27,297 bases of DNA from Promethearchaeota archaeon (GTDB lineage: Archaea > Asgardarchaeota > Lokiarchaeia > Sigyniarchaeales > SOKP01). Below are positions 1 to 10,000 of the stretch, piece after piece. Below the pieces are notes generated by a model. The model did not search any database. It had not been told where the DNA came from and was given only the letters and a program-made list of their open reading frames with translations. The position numbers were made by a program, and so were the translations under genes. Location of the stretch: positions 1 through 27,297 of the forward strand of contig SHMW01000061.1 of the NCBI GenBank assembly GCA_008080735.1. Reading direction: 5' to 3'. Every line of letters starts with the position of its first letter. Within the stretch, counting starts at the first letter, position 1.

Positions 1-246
1 ATACCTCTAAGGAGTGCCACCGCTGTGGCACCTTAAATAAGGTGGGCTTTCATCGCAATTATGAGTGTTCTCGGTGCGGGCTCACCTACGATAGAGACTT
101 GAATGCTGCCATCAACATAGCTCAGCGGATAACGAGTTCGCTGGGATGGGGGACCCGTGAATGCCCCGAACAACCGAATGAAGTTAGCGTCGCAAAGGCC
201 TAGCCGAATGGTTGAAGCCACCCCCTTGAGGGAGTTTATAGTTCAC
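1..246 (+). mobile_element. Right end of an IS200/IS605-family (IS1341-like) insertion sequence
   Basis: The tnpB 3' end is followed by TGAAGCC, a subterminal hairpin ACCCCC-TTGA-GGGAGT (220-235) and TAGTTCAC ending at 246. The sequence then switches abruptly from GC-richer to very AT-rich. Confidence 0.85.
3..203 (+). CDS. tnpB: TnpB (IS200/IS605-family RNA-guided endonuclease), C-terminal part only; the 5' part lies outside the window
   Basis: Manual translation of frame 3 (not in the ORF track): TSKECHRCGTLNKVGFHRNYECSRCGLTYDRDLNAAINIAQRITSSLGWGTRECPEQPNEVSVAKA*. It shows the TS-x-x-CxxCG...CxxCG zinc finger and the DRDxNAAxNI RuvC-III motif typical of TnpB. Stop TAG at 201-203. Confidence 0.93.
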   Translation, partial: TSKECHRCGTLNKVGFHRNYECSRCGLTYDRDLNAAINIAQRITSSLGWGTRECPEQPNEVSVAKA

Positions 247-262
247 ATTAGTTCATATAGAA
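140..262 (+). ncRNA. Putative TnpB omegaRNA/reRNA: scaffold overlapping the tnpB 3' end and right end, guide taken from flanking host DNA after 246. Boundaries approximate.
   Basis: Established arrangement for TnpB elements. Visible pairings: GGGG/CCCC (about 149-167), CAACC (171-175) with GGTTG (210-214), the 220-235 hairpin, and TGAA (213-216) complementary to TTCA (242-245). Confidence 0.6.
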
Positions 263-456
263 TTATATTATTTTTCTATTTTCTTTTTCTGATTGAATTT
301 TTTTGAGGAATTCTAGAGATTACAATAAGTGTGAAGCACATTGTTTTAAAAGTTCAAAATTACTACAACTTAAGAATTCGCTAAAGCTTTATAATTGGTT
401 AATACGAATTAATAAATAGCAAAATTTTTCGAAATTTTAGAGAATGGTAAAATAAA

Positions 457-2172
457 ATGTCTGATTATGAAAATAAGTTTTGGAAGAAAAATTGGGATCC
501 GCACGTGAAAGATTTGGATCCAAGCGAATTTGATAAGATTTTCCTAGATGAGTTGTATCTCGTATTTGATGATTTTCCCGATAAAATGGTTTTTAGTTAT
601 TTAGGTGTTGAATTTACGTTTAAACAATTGGATGAATACTCAAATCAATTTGCGAATATGCTCATTGATAATGGATTTGGTAAAGGAGATGTCGTAGGGA
701 TTAATGTTCCTAATACACCGGAATATGTAATAGCTATTATAGGCGCGTGGAAGGCCGGGTGTATCGTATCGGGAGTTTCACCGCTTCTCTCTGCCGTTCA
801 AATTCAATACCAAGTGAATGACTTAGGAAGCGGAGGCAAAAAAGTCGCACTATTAACTTTGGATGCGATATTTGCTGGTCATATAACGAAAATTGCAGAT
901 AAAATGCCCCAATTAAAAGTGATTATCACCACAAGCGTCGGAGGGTTTCTTCCGAAGATCAAGCAAGTTCTTGGAAAGTTAATTGGGAAGATTCCAAAAG
1001 GAAAAGTGACGCCCTTAGAGGGAAAAACAGTTATTGAATTTCATAAAGACTTACTTAAGAATTATCCTACAACGGACCCAAAGGTCGAAACTACCCCAGA
1101 GGATATCGCATTTATCCAATATACGGGCGGAACTACTGGACCCCCAAAAGGCGCAATGCTTACACACAGAAATATCGTAGCGGATATTGTAATTTTTCAA
1201 AAATGGCTAAATTGGGAAAGAGGAAAAGGCGTAGTGCTTTCTGGATTCCCGTTCTTTCATATTGCGGGGGTATTTACATGCCTCAATTCTCTTTATTTGG
1301 GTTGGTCTCAAATCCTCATACCGAATCCAAGGGACACGGATCATATAATAGATGAAATTTTGAAGTATCGACCGACAGCCCTCGCGAATGTGCCTACTCT
1401 CTATCAAATGCTCCTAAAAAATCCGCGATTTACCGAAATAGATCCCGATATTGTTGATGACGTTATCTCAGCTGCGGCACCTTTTCCAAAAGAATCTCAA
1501 GAAATTTTGGAAAGCGTCATAGGAAAGGGTAAGCTTATTGAATTATACGGAATGACCGAAACAAGTCCATTAACGGCGGGAAATCCTTCAAAAGGGAATA
1601 AGAAGTTAGGCTCAATAGGATTACCCCTTACAAATACCGATTTTAAAATTGTAGATCCAAATACAGGTGAGCCCGTTCCGATTGGGGAGGCAGGAGAAAT
1701 TTGTGTGAGAGGACCAATGGTAATGAAAGGGTATTATAATAAACCCGAAGAAACCCAAAAAGCCATTGATAAAGACGGATTTATGCATACTGGAGATGTG
1801 GGTATCATGGATGAGGAGGGGTATGTTCGCATTGTGGATAGAACCAAAGATATGATTATTGTTGGAGGGTATAAAGTCTTTTCCACGAAACTTGAAGATA
1901 AACTTACAGAACATCCCGCAATTAATATGTGTGCGACGATTGGTGTGCCCAATCCCGATCGCCCAGGCTCAGAAATAGTGAAGGCGTGTATTCAAATCGA
2001 TCCTAATTTTGCGTTTGATGGTAATGAGGAGGCACTAAAAGAAAATATAATCGTATATTCGAAAGAAAATTGTGCACCATATGAAGTACCAAAAATCATT
2101 GAATTCGTCGAAGATATCCCGCTCACTGCGGTTGGAAAAATAGATAAAAAAGTTCTAAGAAAAACTCAATAA
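457..2172 (+). CDS. Long-chain fatty acid--CoA ligase (AMP-forming, FadD-like)
   Basis: AMP-binding motif IQYTGGTTGPPKG, plus YGMTE, HTGD, RTKDMIIVGG and C-terminal PLTAVGKIDKK. Confidence 0.93.
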   Translation: MSDYENKFWKKNWDPHVKDLDPSEFDKIFLDELYLVFDDFPDKMVFSYLGVEFTFKQLDEYSNQFANMLIDNGFGKGDVVGINVPNTPEYVIAIIGAWKAGCIVSGVSPLLSAVQIQYQVNDLGSGGKKVALLTLDAIFAGHITKIADKMPQLKVIITTSVGGFLPKIKQVLGKLIGKIPKGKVTPLEGKTVIEFHKDLLKNYPTTDPKVETTPEDIAFIQYTGGTTGPPKGAMLTHRNIVADIVIFQKWLNWERGKGVVLSGFPFFHIAGVFTCLNSLYLGWSQILIPNPRDTDHIIDEILKYRPTALANVPTLYQMLLKNPRFTEIDPDIVDDVISAAAPFPKESQEILESVIGKGKLIELYGMTETSPLTAGNPSKGNKKLGSIGLPLTNTDFKIVDPNTGEPVPIGEAGEICVRGPMVMKGYYNKPEETQKAIDKDGFMHTGDVGIMDEEGYVRIVDRTKDMIIVGGYKVFSTKLEDKLTEHPAINMCATIGVPNPDRPGSEIVKACIQIDPNFAFDGNEEALKENIIVYSKENCAPYEVPKIIEFVEDIPLTAVGKIDKKVLRKTQ

Positions 2173-2272
2173 TTTTCCTTTATTCTTTTTTTTAGTTATT
2201 TATTATTTTGATATCCTAATAGTATGAAAATTAGAAATTAAAAAAAATCAAATTTGTTTAAATTGATTATTC
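2173..2272. terminator. Shared termination region between the convergent ligase genes
   Basis: Oligo-T run on + after 2172 (TTTTCCTTTATTCTTTTTTT) and an A-run near 2240 that reads as oligo-T on the - strand. Confidence 0.5.
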
Positions 2273-3982
2273 TTATTCTTGCCGTAAAGCCTTCTTTTCT
2301 ACCTTACCGACCATTGTTTGAGGAAGTTCTTCTCTGAATTCCCATAATTTAGGAACTTCATACTTGGCAAGATGTTCTCGAGCATAATTTTTGATATCCT
2401 CTTTAACTTTCTCACTTGCTTCTACACCTTCCTTAAGCTGGATGACTGCTTTCACGATTTCCGAACCAGGTCTATCTGCATCAGGAACTCCAATTATTGC
2501 CATGATCTGGATCGCGGGATGTTTTGTAAGTACTTCCTCGACATGTACGCTATATACCTTAAATCCACTTACACTCAACATATCTTTTGTGCGATCTACA
2601 ATCTTTAGATAGCCATCTTCATCAAAAACACCCACATCACCTGTATGAAGCCAGCCATCAATCCACGTTTTCTCAGTTGCTTCGGGTTTATTATGATATG
2701 ATTTAGTCACTTGAGGGCCTTTCAACAGTATTTCTCCAGGTTCTCCCAATGGAACTTCTTCACCAGTTTCCACATTTATGAGCTTGACTTCTGTATCTGG
2801 TAAAGGTAATCCTACTTTTCCGATTTTCTTTTCTCCATAAGTAGGATTCACGGTTGCAAGAACTGCAGACTCAGTCATCCCATAGACTTCAACGAATTTA
2901 TTTTCCGTATGAAATCGCTTTTCAAAATCTCGAATCGCCTCTGAAGGAAAAGGGGCCGCGCCGGATACATACAAATTAATATTATCTAAGACCTCATCTG
3001 GGATTTCCTTGGAACGAGGATTTCTTTGGACCATCAAATAGAGAGTAGGAACATTCCCAAACACACTTGGTTTAATCTCCATTATTTGGTCGATGATATG
3101 ATCAGTATCCCTTGGGTTTGCGATGATAATATGGGAAGAGCCGATATATGTTAAATATAGCCCGATAAACAATCCAGCGATATGGAAATAGGGAAATGCT
3201 GATAATGTAATATCAGTTCCCTTATCGCGATCCAACCATACTTCGAACTGGTGCATATTGGATACCAGATTAGAATGGGTTATATTCACACCTTTTGGTC
3301 GACCCGTAGTTCCGCCTGTGTATTGAATTAGAGCACGGTCTTGTAGTGCGTTGATTGATACTGGTTTGACATTCGGTTTCGTCTTCAAGACTTCCAAGAA
3401 AGGGACCATATTTTTATTGGGATATGGATCCATTTTTCCTTTAGGAATTTTTCCGATAAGTTTGCCCATGAATACTTTAAATCCAGAAAAGCCCATAAAC
3501 TCAGAAATATTTGAAGGGATAATCGTTTCCATATGAGGGAGTTTTTCCAAGATTTTCTTCATAATTTTTTCGTAAATGATGTCCATGGTTACTAAAAATT
3601 TCGCACTGCAATCGTTGAGCTGATATACCATTTCGGGCGGACTAAGGAGGGGAGATAAGCCAGTTGCGATTCCTCCAGCAAGAAGAGTACCATAAAGTGA
3701 AATAAGATATTGTGGCGTATTAGGAAAACAAATTGCTACCACATCCCCTTTTTGCAAGCCTTTTTGTTGAAGAAAAGTGGCGAATCTTTGCGCATCATCC
3801 AGAATCTCACCGAATGTCATTTGGCGATCCATAAAATAAAATCCAGTTCTATCAGAATATTTGGTCATCGCACGGCTTAAAAGTGTCATTATATCTTCTT
3901 TTGGGTATTCTAAAGAGGGGGGTACGTGTTCATCATAGGAGTTGAGCCATAATTTTTCTTTTTCTTTAGCTATTTGAGTTAT
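2273..3982 (-). CDS. Long-chain fatty acid--CoA ligase, paralog of 457-2172. Start extended from the ORF-track ATG (3889) to a probable ATA at 3982.
   Basis: Motifs IQYTGGTTGRPKG, YGMTE, WLHTGD and LPQTMVGKVEKK. The frame stays open upstream of 3889 and encodes ITQIAKEKEKLWLNSYDEHVPPSLEYPKEDI, matching the paralog's KFWKKNWDPHV start. AGGTGA lies at 3994-3989 on the - strand. Confidence 0.9.
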   Translation of the reverse strand: MTQIAKEKEKLWLNSYDEHVPPSLEYPKEDIMTLLSRAMTKYSDRTGFYFMDRQMTFGEILDDAQRFATFLQQKGLQKGDVVAICFPNTPQYLISLYGTLLAGGIATGLSPLLSPPEMVYQLNDCSAKFLVTMDIIYEKIMKKILEKLPHMETIIPSNISEFMGFSGFKVFMGKLIGKIPKGKMDPYPNKNMVPFLEVLKTKPNVKPVSINALQDRALIQYTGGTTGRPKGVNITHSNLVSNMHQFEVWLDRDKGTDITLSAFPYFHIAGLFIGLYLTYIGSSHIIIANPRDTDHIIDQIMEIKPSVFGNVPTLYLMVQRNPRSKEIPDEVLDNINLYVSGAAPFPSEAIRDFEKRFHTENKFVEVYGMTESAVLATVNPTYGEKKIGKVGLPLPDTEVKLINVETGEEVPLGEPGEILLKGPQVTKSYHNKPEATEKTWIDGWLHTGDVGVFDEDGYLKIVDRTKDMLSVSGFKVYSVHVEEVLTKHPAIQIMAIIGVPDADRPGSEIVKAVIQLKEGVEASEKVKEDIKNYAREHLAKYEVPKLWEFREELPQTMVGKVEKKALRQE

Positions 3983-3988
3983 AATCTC

Positions 3989-3994
3989 TCACCT
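3989..3994 (-). promoter_or_regulatory. Archaeal Shine-Dalgarno AGGTGA for the second ligase
   Basis: The minus strand reads AAAAGGTGAGAGATTATAACTCAA, with GGTGA 6 nt before ATA (3982-3980). Confidence 0.7.
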
Positions 3995-4317
3995 TTTTTA
4001 TTGAAATACATATTTTTCAATAGATCAATTAATCGTTTTCCTATATATACTTAACATTTTTTTCTTTTTTAGTAAATCTTTTTCACAATTGAAAATGAAG
4101 AAATTATGTATCTAAGATTTTAAAAATAATGTCTTAAAAGGAGTGAGAATTTCAAAAACAATAAAAATCAATGAAGGTCAAAAAGATGTATCAAGTCTAA
4201 CTAATTTTTTTCAATTCTATGCTTGATTCCTCTATCTTTCAAAAATGATTGCAGCAAATTACAATCGATCCATAATATAATAGGAAGATCATCTATCAAA
4301 AGAAAATGTATTCAAAA

Positions 4318-5094
4318 TCATCGTTCTTCTAATTTTTCCTCGACATCTTTCACAATTTTTGGAAGGATATCACCAATTTTAGCATGGATAACTATTTCTG
4401 CTTTAGAGTCTAAATCAGTTTTCTGAATGTTGAGAATAGCAAGTTTTGAACCCTTTGAGATTGCCGTCCTTGGGTAAAATGCCACAGGATATACTAATAA
4501 TGAAGAACCTAACACAATTAATAAATCACAATCAGCTATCATCTTATCGGCTTTTTTGAGGGTGTCGGAATCTAATGCCTCCCCAAAAAAAACAGCGTTT
4601 GGTTTAAGCAATCCGTTACATTTATCACAAGTAGGAGAGGAATTATTATGTACCACTTGATTGACAAGTGCCGTGATTGGATATGTGGTATCACATCGCA
4701 TACAAATAGCTTCATTTGCAGTTCCATGGAGCTCGATAACGTTCTTAGTTCTTGCGCGTTGGTGAAGACCATCGATATTTTGCGTCATAACTCCATCTAA
4801 TTTTCCAAGTCTTTGTAATTTGGTTAATGCTTTATGTCCTTGGTGAGGTTTCGCTTTAAATATAGTCATACCTAACTCTAACATAAATCTAAGATTCTTC
4901 CCCGTATCTGAAACATACGCGTGGATGCTCGCAAACTTATCTGGGTCGACTTTGTTCCATAACCCCGTACCCGGACTTCGAAAATCGGGAATTCCAGACT
5001 CTGTACTCATCCCCGCACCTGTGAGAACGACGATATTCTCTGCCTCAACGATTAAATCCGCAAATTTTTCAATCTTCTTCTCTAATTCATCCAT
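4318..5094 (-). CDS. cobB: NAD-dependent protein deacylase, Sir2/CobB family
   Basis: GAGMSTESGIPDFR, TQNIDGLH, ELHG, CxxC...CxxC zinc site, KPNAVFFGE and GSSLLVYP motifs. Confidence 0.95.
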   Translation of the reverse strand: MDELEKKIEKFADLIVEAENIVVLTGAGMSTESGIPDFRSPGTGLWNKVDPDKFASIHAYVSDTGKNLRFMLELGMTIFKAKPHQGHKALTKLQRLGKLDGVMTQNIDGLHQRARTKNVIELHGTANEAICMRCDTTYPITALVNQVVHNNSSPTCDKCNGLLKPNAVFFGEALDSDTLKKADKMIADCDLLIVLGSSLLVYPVAFYPRTAISKGSKLAILNIQKTDLDSKAEIVIHAKIGDILPKIVKDVEEKLEER

Positions 5095-5440
5095 TTACAA
5101 TCACATAATAAAAATAGATAACAAAAAAATCTATTCGTATTTTATTTTATTTTATTTTTATTGCCACGATTATTTTAATCTTGTGATTTTTGCTTCAAGA
5201 TCAATTATAGTGTTATGAAAAGGACACAGTCTAAAAACAAATATTTTAATTTGGATAATTTTATAATATAATTACAACGCGAATTTGATTTTATTCGAAT
5301 ATGATACAGCTGAATTAGCATAGTGAAAACATATAGAGACATCAAAATTAGGAAAAAGTTGATTTTCACAAACTTATAAATAAAATCACTTGAAATCAAT
5401 AAATTTATCATAAAATAGTTTGAAATTAGTGAATTAGAAT

Positions 5441-5986
5441 ATGTCCGAGAAGAAAAGCTTTATCTATAAAGTCTGTTTACTTGGAGATGGCGGTGTGGGT
5501 AAGACCTCCTTGGTGTTGAGATACTGCGAAGGGAAATTCAAAGAAAATTATATGATGACGATAGGTTCTAACTTTTCAACTAAAAAGGTAGAGTTGGAGG
5601 ATTATCCAAATTTTGATATTAAACTCCAGGTCTGGGACTTAGCAGGTCAAAAGCACTTTTCATTTGTACGTCCTCCGTTTTATCGAGGGTCATCTGGAAT
5701 CTTAATGGTGTTTGACCTCACACGTAGAAGTTCATTTCAAAATCTTCTCGAATGGAAAGAAGAATACGAAAAAGTAGTAGGAACTAAACCGAACATATTA
5801 GTTGGGAATAAACTTGACCTTGCGGAAGATGGAGAGAGAGAGATTGGTACCCAAGAGGGCAATTCATTCAAGGACGAGATAGGCGCGCTTTCGTATCACG
5901 AGACAAGTGCGAAAGATGGGCGCGGGGTTGAAAATATTTTTAAAGAGATCACTCGGGACATCTTAGAGAAATCAGGAAAAATTTAA
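5441..5986 (+). CDS. Rab-like small GTPase (Ras superfamily; eukaryotic signature protein)
   Basis: G1 GDGGVGKT, G2 TIG, G3 WDLAGQ, G4 NKLD, G5 ETSAK. RabF-like motifs IGSNF, KLQVW, FYRGS and MVFDLT. No C-terminal prenylation cysteines. Confidence 0.93.
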   Translation: MSEKKSFIYKVCLLGDGGVGKTSLVLRYCEGKFKENYMMTIGSNFSTKKVELEDYPNFDIKLQVWDLAGQKHFSFVRPPFYRGSSGILMVFDLTRRSSFQNLLEWKEEYEKVVGTKPNILVGNKLDLAEDGEREIGTQEGNSFKDEIGALSYHETSAKDGRGVENIFKEITRDILEKSGKI

Positions 5987-6221
5987 GTTCTCCTTTTTTA
6001 AAATTCTTGGGCTTTCTTGTGAATTCTCCCACAAATGATTATATTATTCATAATTCATTATTCTCTACCACGAAAATTTTGAATGTTAGTAGAATCGCCA
6101 TAAATATGAGGATCACTAAATTATAAACATTAATTTAATATTTAGTAAAAATTTGTAAATAATACTATATTAAATCTATTACACATTCAACTAACTAATA
6201 ATAAAGGAATTCAAGAAAACT

Positions 6222-6941
6222 ATGTTTGGTGGAGGACAATTAAAGTACGATAGAGCTCTTACAGTATTCTCCCCAGAAGGGCGTCTCTATCAAGTAGAAT
6301 ATGCATTAGAAGCAGTCCGAAGAGGCACGCTAGCCGTTGCCGTGAAATCAAAGGACGCAGTCTGCTTAGTCGCACAGATAAAGATCCCGACGAAACTCAT
6401 GGACGCGGATGAGATAGATAAAATATTCCAAGTTGATGAACATATCGGTGTCGCAATTTCCGGACTTCATGCGGACTCTCGAACGCTGATTGATTATGCG
6501 CGTGTCCAAGCTCAATCGTTCCGTTTAACATATGATGAACCGGTTCGAATGAGTCTATTGGTAAAGGATGTTGCGGATGTTATGCAGCAATATACTCAAT
6601 ATGGGGGGATAAGGCCATGGGGTTGCGCGTTATTTTTTATTGGTATTGATACCGATGGGACCCAAGTATATACAGCCTCTCCCAGTGGGATTTATCGCTC
6701 ATTTAAAGCATATGCCATGGGAAATGGAGAAGCTACCGCTCGAGAGTATTTACGGGATAACTATAGCAAAGATTTAGGGTTTGATCAAATCATCCATTTA
6801 TGTCTAGATGCGCTGAAAGAGGCGATTGATGAGGAAGCAACTAAAGAAAATGTACGTCTTTCTTATATCAAAGCAAAGGATAAGCGATTTACAGTCGCAT
6901 CTAAGGATGAGATAGAGCAGTATTTAACTGATATAAAATAA
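6222..6941 (+). CDS. psmA: 20S proteasome alpha subunit
   Basis: N-terminal signature YDRALTVFSPEGRLYQVEYALEAV, plus SGLHADSR and YTQYGGIRPWG. Confidence 0.96.
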   Translation: MFGGGQLKYDRALTVFSPEGRLYQVEYALEAVRRGTLAVAVKSKDAVCLVAQIKIPTKLMDADEIDKIFQVDEHIGVAISGLHADSRTLIDYARVQAQSFRLTYDEPVRMSLLVKDVADVMQQYTQYGGIRPWGCALFFIGIDTDGTQVYTASPSGIYRSFKAYAMGNGEATAREYLRDNYSKDLGFDQIIHLCLDALKEAIDEEATKENVRLSYIKAKDKRFTVASKDEIEQYLTDIK

Positions 6942-7080
6942 TTTGTTTTTTCTCTTTTGTTCTAATTTTTCCAGGTTTTTTATTGAGCTAATTCAACTGT
7001 GAGAAAAAATCTAGATTATTACTCATTTTGAATATTTAAATCAAGAATTAAACAACATAAAATGAAAAAAAATAAAGAAA

Positions 7081-10000
7081 TTAGAATTTTAGTACAGATA
7101 TTGGCTCTAAATCAGTAATTTCAATGTCTTCACCTGGAATGACGATTGTCCAACGATACCGAATTATAGCATCTGAAATTGAAGAATTCACCCATCCAGA
7201 AACAATTAATCCTTCTCCAGATAATAACTCTTCATTATTAATTACAGTGTAATTTGTTTCAATAGAATTCAAAGTTTTTTGCGTTGTGTTAAGTAGTGGG
7301 GACTCAAAACCATAAATCGTGAATTCTGTGCTATTATTTTCTGCATACAAAGTTAGACTTACATTAATTCCCGATACTGGAGCAGCAGAGAAATTAGTAT
7401 TTATATTTTCCAATGTGATCCTGAATCGAGCTAAATCGTCAGGATGGACAATTTCTGTTTCCATTGAAACCTCATAATCAATCGTTATTAAAACGGTAAC
7501 CTCGATGTCATCAGAACTCTCACCATAATCATTTAAAGCCACGACTTCAAACTTATAATCACCATTTGTCAGACCAGAAATTTCGTAGGTTCTTTGTGAA
7601 GAATCTAACTCAGCTAATAAAGTATTATTTTGATATATCTCATAAGAATCAGCATATTGAGATTCTGACCAACTGAGTGTAAACCTACCATCTTTATCGG
7701 GACTATCTGCCGTAGAATTGAGCGTAAAGGATCCTGGAGGGAACTCTTCAATGTCATTATATGCATCATCAGCATCGTCTCCATATCCCACCGATCGTGA
7801 AAATCCATTTACAAATCCTGCCAGATTGAGATTCTGTATGTCTCCAACAGTACTATATGTAGGAATGTAATAATAGATGGAACTTAATAGTGGATATATG
7901 AGAGTGTTCCCATTTCGTGCACCTTCAATGAGCGTGAAGGTTTGGGTGGCCTCCGACACATAACTGTCTCTTGCGGTCTTCGGCCCTATTAATCTATTTA
8001 CCGTTTCTTGACGTGTATGGTAAAATATAGCCTCTCCCAGATATTCTCCGTGTCGGACGAAATACATCCCTGCAAGAGTTCGCGCTTCTTGCCCTAAATA
8101 CTCGACAAGATCAAGCCCTACAAATTCAATTCCCTCTCCCAAATTAGTCTCAATATAAAAAACATCGCCATCTTCGGGTCGTTCATGAAAATCATCTCCT
8201 CTACGCCATGTTACAAAATCATCAACATGATATCGATAATTCGCCTCAAGTTGTAATTCATATAATTCTTCGGGATAACGCATCTGTATTTCTAACCAGT
8301 CGGGTGCTGATTTCCAATCATAGGAATTACGTATAAACTTCCAGAGCGGATAAGTCGGGTCTCCAGTAGTATTAAGAGTTGGGTTTTCATAAAAAGTGAG
8401 TCCTCCATTCCATTGATCAATAAGACAAACTCCTAAAAAGCGATAAATCGGAGTAGTGGAATAGGAAGAAACGGGAATAGAGGTAAAAATCGAGATCGCA
8501 TAATACATTTCTCCGCTAGCACTGTTAAACACTAAATATGGGTCGGCATCAATTCTCATATTAGGAAGAAGAATGTTTTGTACACGTGATTTAATATTCC
8601 GGTTAATCAGATACTTATGTTCGGGTTGAGTGACATAACCCCATAGTCCTAGGCCAGCAGTATAATAAAATCCTTCGAGACCAGTGAGTGTTCCATCTGG
8701 GTCCCCCTGATATGTGAAATTGTTTTTTTCTATCCCTCCCTTCCATTCTGTGTCCAATAAAATATTGGTATCATATCCTCCAAGTCGTTCCGTAAATTCT
8801 AGCCCTTGCTGTCTTAAATATCTTGGGCTCTCTGACTCTCCAAAAAAGATGGGATAATTTTCAGTAATATTAAAGACTTCAGTCACATTTACTAAATCCC
8901 CATTAAAGGTATCAATTGCGAGGAATCCTTCTACGTGGTCATATAATTGTGTATTTGTCGCAACAGGATCTCCAGCAAATTGACTTAGCTTTACAGTCTT
9001 CGGAGCTACCCAGTATTCAGTATTATTAAAATACACGATATCTGAGTCTGCTAAGCCCTCAAATGTAGTCGCGATTTTTGCAGAGATAGTTTGTACTGCA
9101 AAATCTTGATCATATTGGCGAATTTGTCGAATCATTTGCTCATCCTCAGTACTGTTCGTGGTCCGAGTGAAATTTGCGATTGGTCTTTCTTCAAACATAT
9201 CCAATCCTGCAGTGACCGTGGTCCACTCCACTTGTCTTTTGAATTTTGTTTCCCATTGTTGAGTTCTATAGACTTCAGTATTGGTTAAGTTTATTATTGT
9301 GCCCACGCTGAGAATTAAAGGCATTACAATAATAATGAGAATAATTATTCCTGTAATTCCCAATAATTTTTTCTCTGGCGTAAAAATCATATAATTGCGA
9401 GGGTCTTGGGATTGTTTCAACCGTCCATACACCGTAACAAAAAGACCAAATCCAAGAAGGGCAAAAAATCCAAGCACAATCGCCCATATTTGCGTCAATT
9501 GAATGCCATCAAGTGCAAGGGTGGGTAGATAAAAGAAAATAATACCAAAAACCAGAGATCCAATAAAGAGCCCGTTGGCAACGAGTTGGTAATCGTTCCT
9601 TCGAATGTAGATATTCTGAAATACTTTGAGAGCCGCTCGAAAAATAAAAACCCCCAGAGTAAATAAGATAATTGGTAAGAATAAATTTTGATAGATGAAT
9701 ATCGAAGTAATATCAAGACTCTCGGGATTTAGGAGAACACCAAAGGCATTAGGAATAATGGTGAAAAGATTGAAATCGATCTCTCCTTGCTCTATCAAAT
9801 AGACTGTCCATGAAAATTGACCCGTCACGTCGATTAAATGCCCAAATAAGTAAAATATGAAAAATCCCGCAGTCCACCAGAATAAGAGGGTTTTTTTGCG
9901 TGAAGGCTTGCCAAATCTCAATCGAGTTCCGAGACTTGTTAGTAGAATCCTATCTGGAGGAATACTCATGATTATCGTGCCGATAAATGCACCTATTAAA

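Noticed and set aside
33-221. 62-aa minus-strand ORF from the track
   Set aside because: It is antisense to the clearly recognisable tnpB frame on the + strand.
5100-5200. (TTTTA)n run and imperfect inverted repeats upstream of the sirtuin gene
   Set aside because: Low-complexity AT-rich sequence; not distinguishable from chance.
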